A stretch of DNA of 64,000 nucleotides from assembly GCA_951406725.2 (NCBI GenBank), contig OX597831.1, positions 13,144,001 through 13,208,000 of the forward strand, written 5' to 3'. The notes below the pieces were generated by a model. That model ran no database searches, was not told the DNA's origin, and saw only the letters and a list, made by a program, of their open reading frames with translations. The translations under genes were made by a program, and so were the position numbers. Shown one piece after another: positions 1-13,932 of this stretch; position 1 is the first letter of the stretch, and each line of letters starts with the position of its first letter. This stretch comes from Octopus vulgaris (taxonomy: Eukaryota).

Positions 1-2427
1 CGGAAATTTGCAGGAAGTTTTCGACGAAACTTCCAGGAAGTTAGAAAATCCTCGGAACTTCCCAGTACATTTTCGACGAAACTTCTAGTAAGTCGGAAAA
101 TCCTCGGAAATTCCCTGGAAGTTTTCGACGAAACTTCCAGGTAATTAGAAAATCTCGGAACCGCCCATGAAATTTTCGACCAAACTTCCGGAAAGTTAGA
201 AAATCATGGAAAATTTGCATGAAGTATTCGAGGAAACTCCCAGGAAGTTAGAAAATCCTCGTAACTTCCCAGTACATTTTCGACGAAACTTCTAGGAAGT
301 TGGAAAATTCTCGGAACTTCACAGGAAGTTTTCGACGAAACTTCAATGCAGTTAGAAAATCTCGGAACTGCCCTGGAAGTTTTCGACGAAACTTGCAGGT
401 AATCAGAAAATCTCGGAACTGCCCATGAAAATTTCGACCAAACTTCCTGAAAGTTAGAAAACCCTCGGAAATTTGCAGGAAGTTTTCGACGAAACTTCCA
501 GGAAGTTAGAAAATCCTCGGAACTTCCCAGTACATTTTCGACGAAACTTCTAGTAAGTCGGGAAATCCTCGGAAATTCCCTGGAAGTTTTCGATGAAACT
601 TCCAGGTAGTTAGAAAATCTCGGAACCGCCCATGAAATTTTCGACCAAACTTCCCGAAAGTTAGAAAATCATGGAAAATGTGCATGAAGTATTCGAGGAA
701 ACTTCCAGGAGTTAGAAAATCCTCGTAATTTCCTAGTACATTTTCGACGAAACTTCTAGGAAGTTGGAAAATCCTCGGAACTTCACAGGAAGTATTCGAC
801 GAAACTTCCAGGAAGTTAGAAAATCTAGGAACTGCCATGGAAGTTTTCGACGAAACTTGCAGGTAGTCAGAAAATCTCGGAACTGTCCATGAAATTTTCG
901 ACAAAACTTCCCGAAAGTTAGAAAACCCTCGGAAATTTGCAGGAAGTTTTCGACGAAACTTCCAGGAAGTTAGAAAATCCTCGGAACTTTCCATTACATT
1001 TTCGACGAAACTTCTAGTAAGTCGGAAAATTCTCGGAAATTCCCTGGAAGTTTCCGACGAACCTTCCGCCCATGAAATTTTGGACCAAACTTCCCGAAAG
1101 TTAGAAAATCATGGAAAATTTGCATGAAGTATTCGACGATTCTTCCAAGAAGTTAGAAAATCCTCGGAACTTCCCAGTATATTTCGACGAAACTTCTAGG
1201 AAGTTGGAAAATCCTCGGAACTGCCCTGGAAGTTTTCGATGAAACTTCCAGGTAGTTAGAAAATCTCGGAACCGCCCATGAAATTTTCGACCAAACTTCC
1301 CGAAAGTTAGAAAATCATGGAAAATGTGCATGAAGTATTCGAGGAAACTTCCAGGAAGTTAGAAAATCCTCGTAATTTCCTAGTACATTTTCGACGAAAC
1401 TTCTAGTAAGTTGGAAAATCCTCGGAACTTCACAGGAAGTATTCGACGAAACTTCCAGGAAGTTAGAAAATCTAGGAACTGCCATGGAAGTTTTCGACGA
1501 AACTTGCAGGTAGTCAGAAAATCTCGGAACTGTCCATGAAATTTTCGACAAAACTTCCCGAAAGTTAGAAAACCCTCGGAAATTTGCAGGAAGTTTTCGA
1601 CGAAACTTCCAGGAAGTTAGAAAATCCTCGGAACTTTCCATTACATTTTCGACGAAACTTCTAGTAAGTCGGAAAATTCTCGGAAATTCCCTGGAAGTTT
1701 CCGACGAACCTTCCGCCCATGAAATTTTCGACCAAACTTCCCGAAAGTTAGAAAATCATGGAAAATTTGCATGAAGTATTCGACGAATCTTCCAAGAAGT
1801 TAGAAAATCCTCGGAACTTCCCAGTATATTTCGACGAAACTTCTAGGAAGTTGGAAAATCCTCGGAACTGAACAGGAAGTATTCGACGAAACTTCCAGGA
1901 AGTTAGAAAGTCCTCGGAACTTCCCTGGAAGTTTTCGACGAAACTTGCAGGTAGTTAGAAAATCTCGGAACTGCCCATGAAATTTTCGACCAAACTTCCC
2001 GAAAGTTAGAAAACCCTCGGAAATTTGCAGGAAATTTTCGACGAAACTTCCAGGAAGTTACAAAATCCTCGGAACTTCCCAGTACATTTTCGACGAAACT
2101 TCTAGGAAGTTGGGACATCCTTGGAACTTCCCAGGAAGTTTTTGAAGAAACTTGCAGGCAGTTAGAAAATCTCGGAACTGCCCATGAAATTTTCGACCAA
2201 ACTTCCAGAAAGTTAGAAAATCCTCGGAAATTTGCAGGAAGTTTTCGACGAAACTTCAGAGAGTTAGAAAACCCTCGGAACTTCCCAGGATATTTTCGAC
2301 GAAACTGCCAGGAAGTGGGAAAATCCTCGGATCTTCCCACGAAGTTTTCGACGAAACTACCAGGATGTTAGAATATCATCGGACCGTCCCAGGAAGTTTT
2401 GGACCATATTTCTCGAATGTTAGAAAA
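1..2427. repeat. Tandem satellite, ~52-bp monomer with higher-order structure (runs off the left edge of the window)
   Basis: Monomer like cggaacttcccaggaagttttcgacgaaacttccaggaagttagaaaatcct starts at 1, 53, 105 and so on; the variant cggaaatttgcagg recurs at ~1, 466, 930, 1577, 2018 and 2225; it decays after ~2340. The ORFs listed here are repeat translations. Confidence 0.97.
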
Positions 2428-2539
2428 TTTAACTGAATGTATTTTACCTTGTAACCTTTCAATTTCTTCTATGAGACCGGATGAATAATAATATTAAATT
2501 TTAAGCAGTAAGTTATACTGCTCAGATCTTGGGTTCTCC

Positions 2540-3400
2540 CTAAAAATATAACTACCGGTTTCCTTGTCATGAATGTTAGTAGGATGCTGCCTATGAGTTT
2601 GCTGATGGAAAATGCATCATTTGACATGATTACACCTAAGTCCTGTATGTCATTAATGCTCTGAATCATTATGTTACCTTGTGTCAAATATTGCGATTTG
2701 GGTGAATTCGTTTGTAATGAAGAAGCTGAAACTTTGATTTACTAATTTTCGTATTGTTTCTGGTTTAGATCCTAGCCTTCGATATTCTTGTGTAATTCAA
2801 TCCCTGATGTATACGACGTATTACAGGTAACTTAGAGAGAAATCCATTTGCAGTAATAGGTTGACTCCTACCATATAGAGAGTTAAAGAACCATTCTCCG
2901 ACTTTTCCTGTGATACCAGGATTTCCTAAATTATGACAGATGATTCCATGGTCAGTCTTGTAAAACGCCTTAACAATATCAAGGTTTTAACAGTCAATGA
3001 TCTTTCCCCTTAAAAGATTATTAGAGGTAGTGTTATGATGCTGTAAGAATTGTGACAGGCAACTTCTTTCAGTCCGAAACCTATTCCGAGTGTCATCTAA
3101 GTTGTTTTTCCTCCAGGTATGTTATTACGTTTTTTGTCTTCGGACAAGGCATTGGATAATTATAGAAGTGTAAGACGTGAGGGAAACAGGTCTGTAATTG
3201 TTAGCTTCAGCACTGTTACCTCCTTTGTACGTATATAGGTTTTATTATAGCTTCTTTCAATAGTCTCGGGAATATGGCGGTATCTGGCGACTTTTGAAAC
3301 AGTACCTTTAATGATTTCATGGGGTGGTTTTTGTCCGTTTTTTAGCAATATAACTGGAATACTATTTACTGTCTTAACTAACCGAAACTTCGACGTTACT
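2540..3400 (-). pseudogene. Decayed CR1/L2-group LINE reverse transcriptase fragment
   Basis: Minus-strand translations across frameshifts give SIPVILLKN, YKGGNSAEANNYRPVSLTS, RFRTERSCLSQFLQHH, LDIVKAFYKTDHGIICHNLGNPGITGKVGEW and IQDLGVIMSND, which are non-LTR RT motifs in the expected order. Confidence 0.88.
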
Positions 3401-3469
3401 CTGCATGTATACAAATCGGCGAGGAATGACAGATAAAAATTGGTACGTCGAACGTATAATACAAAGCTA

Positions 3470-3527
<58 letters not shown>

Positions 3528-3589
3528 ACACACACATACATACATTTATATATATGTGTTTGTGTATGTGTGTATAATATATTTTATAT

Positions 3590-3800
3590 TTTATCTTTTA
3601 CTTGTTTTAGTATTTAGACTGCAGCCAGGCTGGAGCACCGCCTTGAAGGATTGGTAGCCGAATAAATCGATCCGTGTACTTTTTATTAAAAACGTCTACT
3701 ACTGACTCTGTGTCTTTTGCCGAATCGCCAAGTTACGTGGACGCAAACAAACCAGCACTGTCTGTCACGTGGCGGTAGGGGACAAACACAAAGACCAGCA
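3590..3800 (-). mobile_element. SINE family A, 3' half
   Basis: gactgcagccaggctggagcaccgccttga...ccaagttacgtggacgcaaac matches the reverse complement of the tail of the copy at 14970-15355. Confidence 0.8.
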
Positions 3801-5017
3801 CACACACACTCACGCGCGCACACAAACGTTGCGCTTCTTTCAGCTTCCGTGTAGCAAACAAACAGCTGCATAATTAAATACATATGTTCTCGGAGAACTA
3901 CGCTGTGTTGAAACAACTGTAGCGAATAATAAACAAATGTCCAACCGTAGTTCCTGACTAGAATGTCTTCAATTATATAAATAAATAAATATATATATAT
4001 ATAATTTTGTGTGTGCATTTGTGTATTTTAAATTGATCTGGTGGGTTACTCTGTTCGTTTGCATAGTACAAATTTATTATTCTTAAACAAGAATTATCGA
4101 CAGTGATTTCTATATTTTCGCTAACTAAGCCGTCGTCTGGAACTATACAAGTCGGTGCCCCATCATGGCCGCAGTCTAATGATTGACCAAATCTAAACGA
4201 TAAAATATAAAATGTATTTACCGATATAGAAACATCGTTGTTGTTAGTGCTTAGTCACAGTTTGTCTTTATAAACGTAAACCTATCACTTAAAGCGTCTC
4301 AGCCACAACCTCTAAGTATTTGATGACACATCTGAAATTAGAACATTCTCGTTGTGGTCTTTCCTTATCTAAAAAGAAGGATAAAACTCGAAAATGGCTA
4401 CGCAGCTGCTTTTTTTTGTAGGTCGTTATTTTTTGTTTTATACACAACTCAGCTCTGCACAGCAGCGGGTTAAAAGTATTTCTATTAACCCTGGACATAA
4501 TACTTAGAGTATGGCGAACCATGAAACAAAACACTGCATTAGTTAAATCATAATATCAATAATAATGAGGTTTTTCTTGCTTCTTATTTTTATAACAGTC
4601 CTTTGGTAAATAATTTACAGTATATAAGCGTCACGCAGCAAATGTAGGATATAATAACAATATAAACAGACTGAAGACAGTCACGCAATCACACGGATAT
4701 AAATGATAGTTGGAAATACTTCTCAGGTGAAAGGAAAAAAAAACAGGATATTTTATGGATATAAATATTTGAGATAATACGTGTTGTCACACTCGATGAA
4801 TGTCATGGTAAACAATCACGCATGAATAAAATATGATGGGTCGCCATTTATATTCCGTATTCTTCACCGTCGTAATTGGTGCCAATTACCAAAAGATGAT
4901 TAATCACTCGTTATTTCTTTTTGAGTCTTCACAGGAAACGTGCGAAAGATTATCATCATTTGATAGCTGTCCGTGCAATTCCCATCTTTAACGCTACGCA
5001 AATCACATTCACTAACA

Positions 5018-5053
<36 letters not shown>

Positions 5054-5305
5054 CCCCACACACTCTCTCTCACACACACACACACGTACGTACACACTCA
5101 TATACACTCATATATTTATGTGTGTGTGTCTTTCTCTCTTTCTCTCTCTCTCTCTCGATATATATATATATATATAATTATGTGTGTGTATGTGTATATA
5201 TATTTGTATATGTATATATACACACATGCATGAATATATATATATAGATATATACATATATGTATATATGCATTTATACACATATACACATATATGTATA
5301 TATGC

Positions 5306-5354
<49 letters not shown>

Positions 5355-5453
5355 CACACGCACTCACACACAAACACACACAAACACACGCACACACTCA
5401 AACACATACACATACACACGGCTCATAAACAGGCGCATTCACTCATATATTTA

Positions 5454-5486
<33 letters not shown>

Positions 5487-5580
5487 TATGTGTATATATA
5501 TATATATATTTATTTGTATATGTATATATACACACATGCATGAATATATATAGATATATACATATATGTATATATGCATA

Positions 5581-5622
<42 letters not shown>

Positions 5623-5929
5623 TATGTGTATGTATATATAGATATGTGTATGTATGTATGTATGTATATGTATAGATATGTGTATGTATGTATGTATGTA
5701 TGTACACATACACACACGCACTCACACACAAACAAAAACACACAAAAACACACGCACACAGAGACACAGACACGCACAGATATATAATATATTGCGTGTT
5801 TTATGATTTAGTCCGAAGAAAGAAAGAAGTGTTTTTCTCAGTCTTAAAACCTCGCTCTAAAGTTTGCAACAGATTCAATTCCGTTAAATGCGTTCAGGAA
5901 ATCGATTATGGTATTACATTGGGTGATTT

Positions 5930-6150
5930 ATCGGTTTCAAAGTTTGGCACAAGGCCAGAAGTTCTATAGGAGAGGATAAGTGGATTACATCGACCTTAGT
6001 TTTTGAACTGGTCCTTAATTTATCAATCTCGAAAGAATAAAAGGCTTTGTCGACCCCGGTAGCATTTGAACTCGGATCGTAAGGCCGGAATGTAAAGTCG
6101 GAAGAAAAGCTGCAAAGCATTTTGTCCAGTACGCTAAAGATTTCTACTAG
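5930..6150 (-). mobile_element. SINE family B (Nin/Deu-like core), degenerate
   Basis: ggcacaaggcc...gtcgaccccggtagcatttgaactc matches the other family B copies. Confidence 0.7.
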
Positions 6151-6221
6151 TTCACTGCGTTTCATTGCAGGATTTCTTAACTATAACCATAAGACTGTGA
6201 GAGAGTTGGTAGAAATATGAA

Positions 6222-6370
6222 AGGCAGAAACGTTAGCACTTGCCTTTCATCCTTTCAGGGTCGATAAATTAAGTACCAGTTACGCACTGGGGTCGATGTA
6301 ATCGACTTAATCCCTTTGTCCTTGTTTGTCCCTTCTGTGTGTAGCCCCTTGTGAGTAGTAAAGAAATAAG
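6222..6370 (+). mobile_element. SINE family B, internally deleted
   Basis: ggcagaaacgttagcac is joined directly to ttgcctttcatcctttcaggggtcgataaattaagtaccagttacgcactggggtcgat, followed by the tail gtagtaaagaaata. Confidence 0.85.
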
Positions 6371-7754
6371 GAACATTAAAGGGTTGGATGAAATTCCTAT
6401 CGGTTTTTCTTCCAGTTTGAGTTCATATCTTACCAAAACCTATTTTTCTGCTCATCCTTTTGTGGCCGGTTAAACAAAACATCAGTTAAATGCTGGATGT
6501 CGCTATACCCAATTATCTCTCTCCTCTGGAATTTACTTTGTCTGTCCCTAAATTGAAAATAGTTATATATTGGTATATCAAAGCTAACCGTCACATATGA
6601 GTGAATGTGGCTTGGTTACACGTAATACCTTTTCACTAATTAATTTAAGTGCTTGTAGAAATGCGGGCACACAAATATATGCTATCAAGACTCTTTATCG
6701 TTGATACAACGAAATTTCTACAAGAAAGCTGAAGATAAGGGTAACCTGGAATAATGCTCGAAACGTACTCATTACCGCAATTTAGAAAGGTGCAAAGAGA
6801 CGAGGCATGAAATGCCTTGCTCATTGACATTAAATACATCCCTCAATAACAGGTACAATCCGGCAAGATTCCATACAGTTTCTCTTAAGACCTAAGGTTC
6901 AAAATGGTACCAGACGGAATCGAATTCAAAAGTACTTGATTCCAAAGTGAACTTATTAAATATATGACTAAAACTGAGCATCGGAACAGATTTGAAAGAA
7001 ACTTTTCCCATAAAAATAAGGTTTCCCAACATTTGGCTTCGTCATCGTTTTATCTTCACAGTTTAAAATAATCATCTTTTTTTTTTGAAATTTATGTTGT
7101 TTATTCAGAGCTGAATATATAACAGTATGATAATCCTGGATTAATCTTCACTTTGTTGGTTCCAGTCCTAATCTTAATCCTTATCTAACACCTGCTTCAA
7201 AATGCTGTTGATTTAAACTGCTGTGTTCTAAATTTATTGCTTAGACCCAGAAATATGTTTCCATTTCAATGTTTCTCCACCATTTTTATTTGTGGACCCT
7301 TTCGCTGTTTAAAATACCCTATTATCCATGCAATAATCTGCTTGTTCGTTTGCCAGTTATACTTTAGTGAGTTAGAGAGGAGGAGGTGGAGTGAGTGAGA
7401 CGTGGAGTAAAAGTGTGTGGTTGTGTGTGTGTATGAGAGAGAGAGAGAGAGGGAGAGAAAGAGAGAGGGGGAGGGGGAGGAGTATGAGTAGAGAAGAAAA
7501 AAGGAGCAAGTAGAAAAAGAAGTATAAGAAGGCTAAAATGTATCACGTGGTTAGTTGAAGGGAGAGGCGAAGAGCAACAGAAAGAGACAGTGAGAGAAAA
7601 GAGGGTGTGAGAAGTGTTGATGATATGCCGTAAGTTGGGGAGGGAAAGGTAAAAAGAAGAGATATGTTTAGGATACAAAATTTAGCAGAGGGTAATTTCT
7701 GGTAGTGAGGTTAAAGAAAGGTAGATAAAGAGGGATGAACAGAGCAGGCAGTTA

Positions 7755-7794
<40 letters not shown>

Positions 7795-8083
7795 AAGGGA
7801 GAAAGAGATGGTGAGAGAGAGAGAGTTTGTGGAAGTGAGAGGTGAAGAGAAAAAGAGAAATGATAAAGACATGTAAACGGGAATTACATTGTTAAAAAGT
7901 TTGTTGAAGAGGTAGAGAGAAAGAGAAATATAAAGTGTTTAACAGAGGAAAATTTTTAAATCATATTTTATCGTGACTGGAAGTCAAATACTTAGCAAAA
8001 TAAAAATAAAAATAAAAATGCAAAAATCATGCTTTCTTTCTTAAATAACTTCTCTTAATATTTTCCGTTCTGTGGAATTTCCA

Positions 8084-8254
8084 CGGGTCTCTCAAGTATG
8101 TTTATAATTCAATATTGTTAAGAATTGTATAAGGAAAATTGTTGAAATATTTTGTGTATTCATAAGTAAAACCGATTTATTGCTGATTAATTTTAATAAT
8201 AAAATCTTCTGTGGACCCCGCAAGGGCCATGTGGACCTCAGTTGAAAACCACTG
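8084..8254. mobile_element. Probable hAT-type MITE end
   Basis: Ends in gtggacctcagttgaaaaccactg (reverse complement cagtggttttcaac, a hAT/Charlie-like TIR) with repeated gtggaccc subterminal motifs; the partner TIR is not clearly seen. Confidence 0.5.
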
Positions 8255-9397
8255 TTTTGTAGACTCTCGAAATACTAGAAATTACAGACAACCAAGCTAC
8301 TCTCTATCCAGGAGGACATGTTTCTTTCATGACACTCCTAATCCTTTCACAGCCATTTTATGGACACAAGAAAGGAAGATAGGAATATTCCTTTTAAGCA
8401 CATCCTGGATGCGAATGAAATTACAATCGATCGCTAAAAGAAACTTTGTTTTGTTTTTCTCTTTCCAGGATCGATAAAATGAATTACCAGTCAAGTTGTG
8501 GGATCGATTTGATGCTCCTTTAAAGCAATCATCCTAGATGTGAATAGAATTATTACAGAGTAATTTAATTTTCAGCTTTGTTTAATCAGACGAGTTGATG
8601 TACAAAACAAACGGACAATGGTGTAATATCAGTTTACAGTCATCTCAAACAATGCTGATCTGGAACACATCCGGAATAACAGCTCAACTAACAGCCTGGC
8701 CAAAACGCAATAAGCTTTTAATGGCAACAATAATCTTAACAACTGCAACAACATCAACGAGAACAATGACAGGAGAATATATGAGAGAGCATCTAGACGA
8801 GTGGGTATAGTTTTTGTTTTATTTGTTTCAACCAATGCACTGCAGCTGGGGCGCAGTCTTGGAGCGTTTAGGGGAAGAGATTGCCTGCAGTCAGGTACTT
8901 ATTCTATCGGTCTCTATACTCGAACCGATAGCTTACGGGGACAAAAACAGGAGTACAACACGAACACAAAGGCACGCATGCGCACAAGACAGGCTTCCAT
9001 GCAGTTTCTATCTGCCAAATTTACTCACAAGCCTTTAGTCGGACCCAGGCAATAGTAGACTGCGCTTGCCCAAAGCACTGCTTAGTAGGCTTGGACTCAC
9101 GACCACGTGATTTCAAAGCGGTCTCCTAAAACATATGGATGCATACTAACACCACCATTATCAGAGTCTACTCTTACGTAATCAAAAATCATGTAAATGA
9201 GCTTAAGATAAATGTAAACAATTTGATTGGGTCATTCTTTTATTCTTTTACTTATTCTATCTGTCTCCTTTGCTGAAAACCTAAGTTACGGGGACGTAAA
9301 CATAGCAACATCGGTTGTCAAGCAGTGGTGAAGGGACAAACACAGACAGATACAGGAGAAATATATACATATATATATATACATACATACATATATG

Positions 9398-9435
<38 letters not shown>

Positions 9436-9884
9436 TATATATATATACATATATATATTTAAAATTGAGGATAAAATCTTTATAAGAAATTATCAGTATT
9501 TTTGTTCCGAGTAAGCAATTTGTTACCGAAATGCATTGCGAATAAGCTCACCATTTTCATAGATATGTAAAGATAAACATTCGTACATGCTACGACGAAT
9601 TCTACGGTTGGCTGTCGGGTTTGTAATGTTATGTTTTTTCTTATATGTCTTGAGTTTGTTGCAATGATGAACATGGAATGCATATTCTGCATTAATTGCG
9701 AAATCACAGGTGATGTGTAACTAAATTCTTTTTTTAAATGACTTGTTTTGAAGTTTTGCACTCGGTACAATTTGTTTATTTTAGTAGTTTTGACCGCAAG
9801 GGTCCCTCCTAGCGTGCAGTATCTATGAATAGTAGTACCCTCTATATAATATAAATATATATGTATATATATATATATATATAA

Positions 9885-9956
<72 letters not shown>

Positions 9957-10139
9957 GTATGTATATATAAGAGACCAAAGTGTACGTACTCTACTATATT
10001 TTATATATAAAAAATACAAAAAGGGACAAGAACGCAAAACATCCAGACAGACGATACAAAGAAAAACACGGACGGGTCATTGTGTGATTGTGTGATTCCT
10101 GTGGGTGAAGACCAGCAGAAAATTTAGAGATATTATCTT

Positions 10140-10545
10140 CTATATTTTATTTGTTTCACTACGGCCATGATGATGCACCGCCATCGCCTTGAAGAGCGTT
10201 TTCTTGTTGAATAAATCGACCCCTGCACATTTTAAAGCTTGGTATTTATTCTATCGTTGTCTTTTGCTGAACTGCTAAGTTACGGGGACGTAAACACACC
10301 AATAGCAGCCGTCAAATAGTGATGAGGGAGAAACACAAACACTCACACACACATATCATCCCACACAAACACAAACATACACACATATATACATTCTCTT
10401 TCTCACACACATATATGGCTGGCTTCTTTTCAGTTTCCATCTACTAAATCCACTCACAAGGTTTGGTAGGCCCGAGGCTATGGAAGAAGACACTCGGCTA
10501 AGGTGCCACGCAGTGGGACCAAACCCGGTACCATGTGATTGGAGT
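10140..10545 (-). mobile_element. SINE family A, near full length
   Basis: Contains gctaagttacggggacgtaaac, an internal CA/TA tract, and tttcagtttccatctactaaatccactcacaagg...aaggtgccacgcagtgggacc. Confidence 0.88.
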
Positions 10546-11019
10546 GAAAGCTCCCGTTTCCGAATTTGGCAATAATAAAAATAATAATAAAAGCCGTAAT
10601 TCGCTATGCTATAATTCTTCTATTCGGCTCCCATTCTTTGTCAAAATTTAATTTACTGCCCTAAAACCTTTTTCTACTATAAAAAAGCAGAGAAAGGCAA
10701 TAATAACTTGGCTTTCTTTCTCACAATACGATATTTCAATCTAAATTTATGTCACTTCCCACATAAACTTTGCTTTTTGAAAAACCCTTTATTATTTTTT
10801 TTTCATAATTTCGTAAACCGATGATGGTCTCGTGTAAATCATTTTTAGGATTCAGCTACTTTTTTTACACAAATATTTTGCCTGAATGACATAAAAATAG
10901 AGGTGTATCAAATACAATACAATGTAAATTCCTGATTTATTAAAATTATTTCTTCCTCTAGATGTATCATAATTACCAAATGGAATGTAAACCCAGTTCC
11001 TCTTAAGGAGACATTATCC

Positions 11020-11230
11020 TTTCTGCTATGGTCACAAAGCATGAAATTTGCAGGAGGGGGCTAAGTGATTGCATCGACCCCCACTGACCAGGGGTCCTTA
11101 TTTATAAAGCCCTAAATGATGAAAGGCAAAGCCGACCTAAACGGAATTTGAACTCAGAGCATAAAGCGTGAAGAAATGCTAAAAAATATTTTGTCCGACG
11201 TGTTAATAATTTAGCCAGCTCTCCGCTTTC
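11020..11230 (-). mobile_element. SINE family B, degenerate
   Basis: gatgaaaggcaaagccgacc...ggaatttgaactcagagc...gccagctctccgc. Confidence 0.75.
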
Positions 11231-11337
11231 AGAAAGAGAGATGATACTTGCAAACAATTATTGGGCAAAACAAGGCTAAACTTCTGCTCGCACGTTCTCG
11301 ATAACTGACGGTGTGGAATATAGCCATATAATCACAT

Positions 11338-11399
<62 letters not shown>

Positions 11400-11407
<8 letters not shown>

Positions 11408-11625
11408 GAGAAAGTGTGTCTGTCTGTGTGAATCCCTAAAACTTGAGAACAACACAACCAATTTCATTCAAATTTTGCACATACGTTACATAGGGTCCAT
11501 AGAGTGTCATGGGCAAAAAGATTTTAACTTCTTGCCTAGGTCGAGCCCATAGCAATATCATATATTCTCCACTATTTCAGTATTGCATGTTAAAAGTGAA
11601 ATAAAAACATCTCTCTATTGTATGT
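11400..11625 (+). mobile_element. Non-autonomous Helitron-like element, 5' portion
   Basis: tataattgagaaagtgtgtctgtctgtgtg...ccctaaaacttgagaac...ccaatttcattcaaatttt is closely similar to the second copy at 39427-39700; the TCTATATA...GTCT-microsatellite start is typical of non-autonomous Helitrons. Confidence 0.6.
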
Positions 11626-11659
11626 ATATGGATGTGTGTATATATATATATATATATAT

Positions 11660-11838
11660 AAAAGTATTAATTTATGAAAATATGGTAAAGTAAAAGAATT
11701 CACTTTACCACACACCGAACTTTTCAGAAATAGCAGCCAAAAATTTGGCTATTTCTTCAACTGCAAAATAAAAGTCTCCAGACAATGCATACTCAGAAAA
11801 ATAACTCACATAGGTATAAGGGAAAAACAATGAAAGAT

Positions 11839-11840
<2 letters not shown>
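11660..11840. mobile_element. Insert within a (TA)n tract, related to the arm of the 22429-22804 inverted repeat
   Basis: cagaaatagcagccaaaaatttggctatttcttcaact is similar to tagaaatagcagtcaaaaaatcttagctattccttctact at ~22480; TA/CA tracts flank both sides. Confidence 0.65.
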
Positions 11841-11891
<51 letters not shown>

Positions 11892-12615
11892 AGCTGTATA
11901 TGTATACATGTAAATGAGTGCTTCCTGAGAAGCTCACTACCGACACGTAGGATGTTCGCTTCGCTTTTCAGCACTGAATTTTTTTTTTTTTTTTGCTTTT
12001 GCTGTTATTACAGTCTGAGGAAAACCATACGATGTTTGTACTCTGTCCGCATTGATCTCAAACCACTACTGCATTCATCTCTTCTTAGGTAAAGCCTGTT
12101 AATATCATTATTTCTGTGGGAGATTCCAGTTTATGTCAGGATCTTGTGGATTTTAATGTCTATAGAATGGATGTCCTGTACAGACCACGCTATATCCTAA
12201 ATATTGGAATCACCACTGTTATTGCAAATGCATCTCGTAAGAAGAAAGTTTCGACTGTCATATTTTTCAACGTCCGGTGTAATATTTTCGGGTTACTCTA
12301 TCTTTATTCACAGAACATTCATATAATACGTTTTCATTAATGCCTAGATATTAGCAGCATTCTGTGTGCAGAACAGAACAGATAGTGACACCTCTGATGC
12401 ACATATTTAGGGTTTAGAAGACTATTTTTCCCACGTTCACCAATCAAATTCGAAGATTTCTTTTGGCCAAATTCCATTCCTATATCAGCTGAAAACGTTG
12501 TTATTAACTCCAGTCGATTTTTAGCATATGTATGCATATATGTACGTATCTATGTATGCATGTATGTATGTATGTATGTATGTATGTATGTATGTATGTA
12601 TGTATGTATGTATGC

Positions 12616-12646
<31 letters not shown>

Positions 12647-13026
12647 TGTATATATTTATGAATGTATATATGTATGTATGTGTGATTCAAGGGAGAATTG
12701 ATTGACATTTCTATTAAATTTATGTATGTGTATAAATTTGTGTGTATGTGTTTACGTGTTTAATTTGTGTGAGATTTAATTACTATTTGTAGTGTGTCCA
12801 ACGAGCACACATACGTCAATGTCCCCCTCTTTGACTCTCTTTCTTTCCCTCCTCCCTCTCTCTCATTCTTTTCTCATATCTAATTTCATTTCATAATGTT
12901 CTGTAAATATGTACAGAAAAGTCAAATGCTGAATGCTGGTCTCCAATAATATTCTCTAAGTACAGTCAACAAATATAGATACGATTGACAAAAGAGATTT
13001 AAAGTGATTTGTCCACCATATATCCA

Positions 13027-13063
<37 letters not shown>

Positions 13064-13709
13064 CTATGCTATGTACTATTTCAGGACATTATGGCCTCAT
13101 CATTGCTTTCTAAATTTTGCATTTCCAGGCAAAATCATTTCGGTTATTGATTAAGTTGTGGCAACAGAGACGCTTGACAGTAAAATGAAGGAATAAATCA
13201 ATGAAATTTCTACAACATTCGTTACAGAAATGAAATAATAAACTGAATTAAGAACAACAAAAGTAATAAAAATAAAATAAGATATATACGATTTAAAAAA
13301 ACAACAACAAGTTCTGTCAGAGAAGAAGTATAAAATAATTACGTGTTTTCTAATAACCTTTAAATTCAATGAAATAACAACGGCGACCAAAAATAAAACA
13401 TTTGCTTCCGAAAATATTTGTTTTAATGTCAGCAAAATTAGTTAAAATTTTTTCCCTTTCTATCGATTTGTTAACGGCGTTTAACGGAAACTAATTTAAT
13501 TAATGCTATTCTACACTTGATGTCTTTCTGGTGATACGCTTTTGCTTCTTGGCATCTTTGTTGGAAGCTGGTTGTTAAGAGAAATTTAATATTTTCAACT
13601 GTGCTGCACGGCCTAATATAATTCCCATAATTCATTGTCTTCATGTCCGCTTCTCGACACTTTGGGTGTATGGCATCATTTCTGTTTTATTCTTATATGG
13701 CGTCTAAAG

Positions 13710-13932
13710 GTGGTCAGCTAGCAGAATTGTTAGCACACCGGACAGACTGTTTAGAAGCAGCATTTCTTCAGGCTTAACGTCCCGCGTTCAAATGTCACCG
13801 AGGTCGATTTTGCCTTTCCTTCTTTCGAGGTTTGATAAAATAAGGATCAGTCAATTACTGATGTCGATGTATTCGATTACCCCCCCCCCCACTTTCCCCC
13901 CAAATTACGGGTTTTTTGCTTATAGTAGAAAG
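13710..13932 (+). mobile_element. SINE family B
   Basis: ggtggtcagctagcagaattgttagcac...gttcaaatgtcaccgaggtcgattttgcctttc...tatagtagaaag. Confidence 0.8.

Noticed and set aside
506-2340. ORFs of 76-162 aa in the satellite
   Set aside because: They are periodic translations of the 52-bp repeat with no domain signal.
6729-6770. CTGAAGA...GCTCGAAACGTA hammerhead-like motif
   Set aside because: The core words are present but stems I and II pair poorly and there is no TA-flanked insert context; it may be chance or very old.
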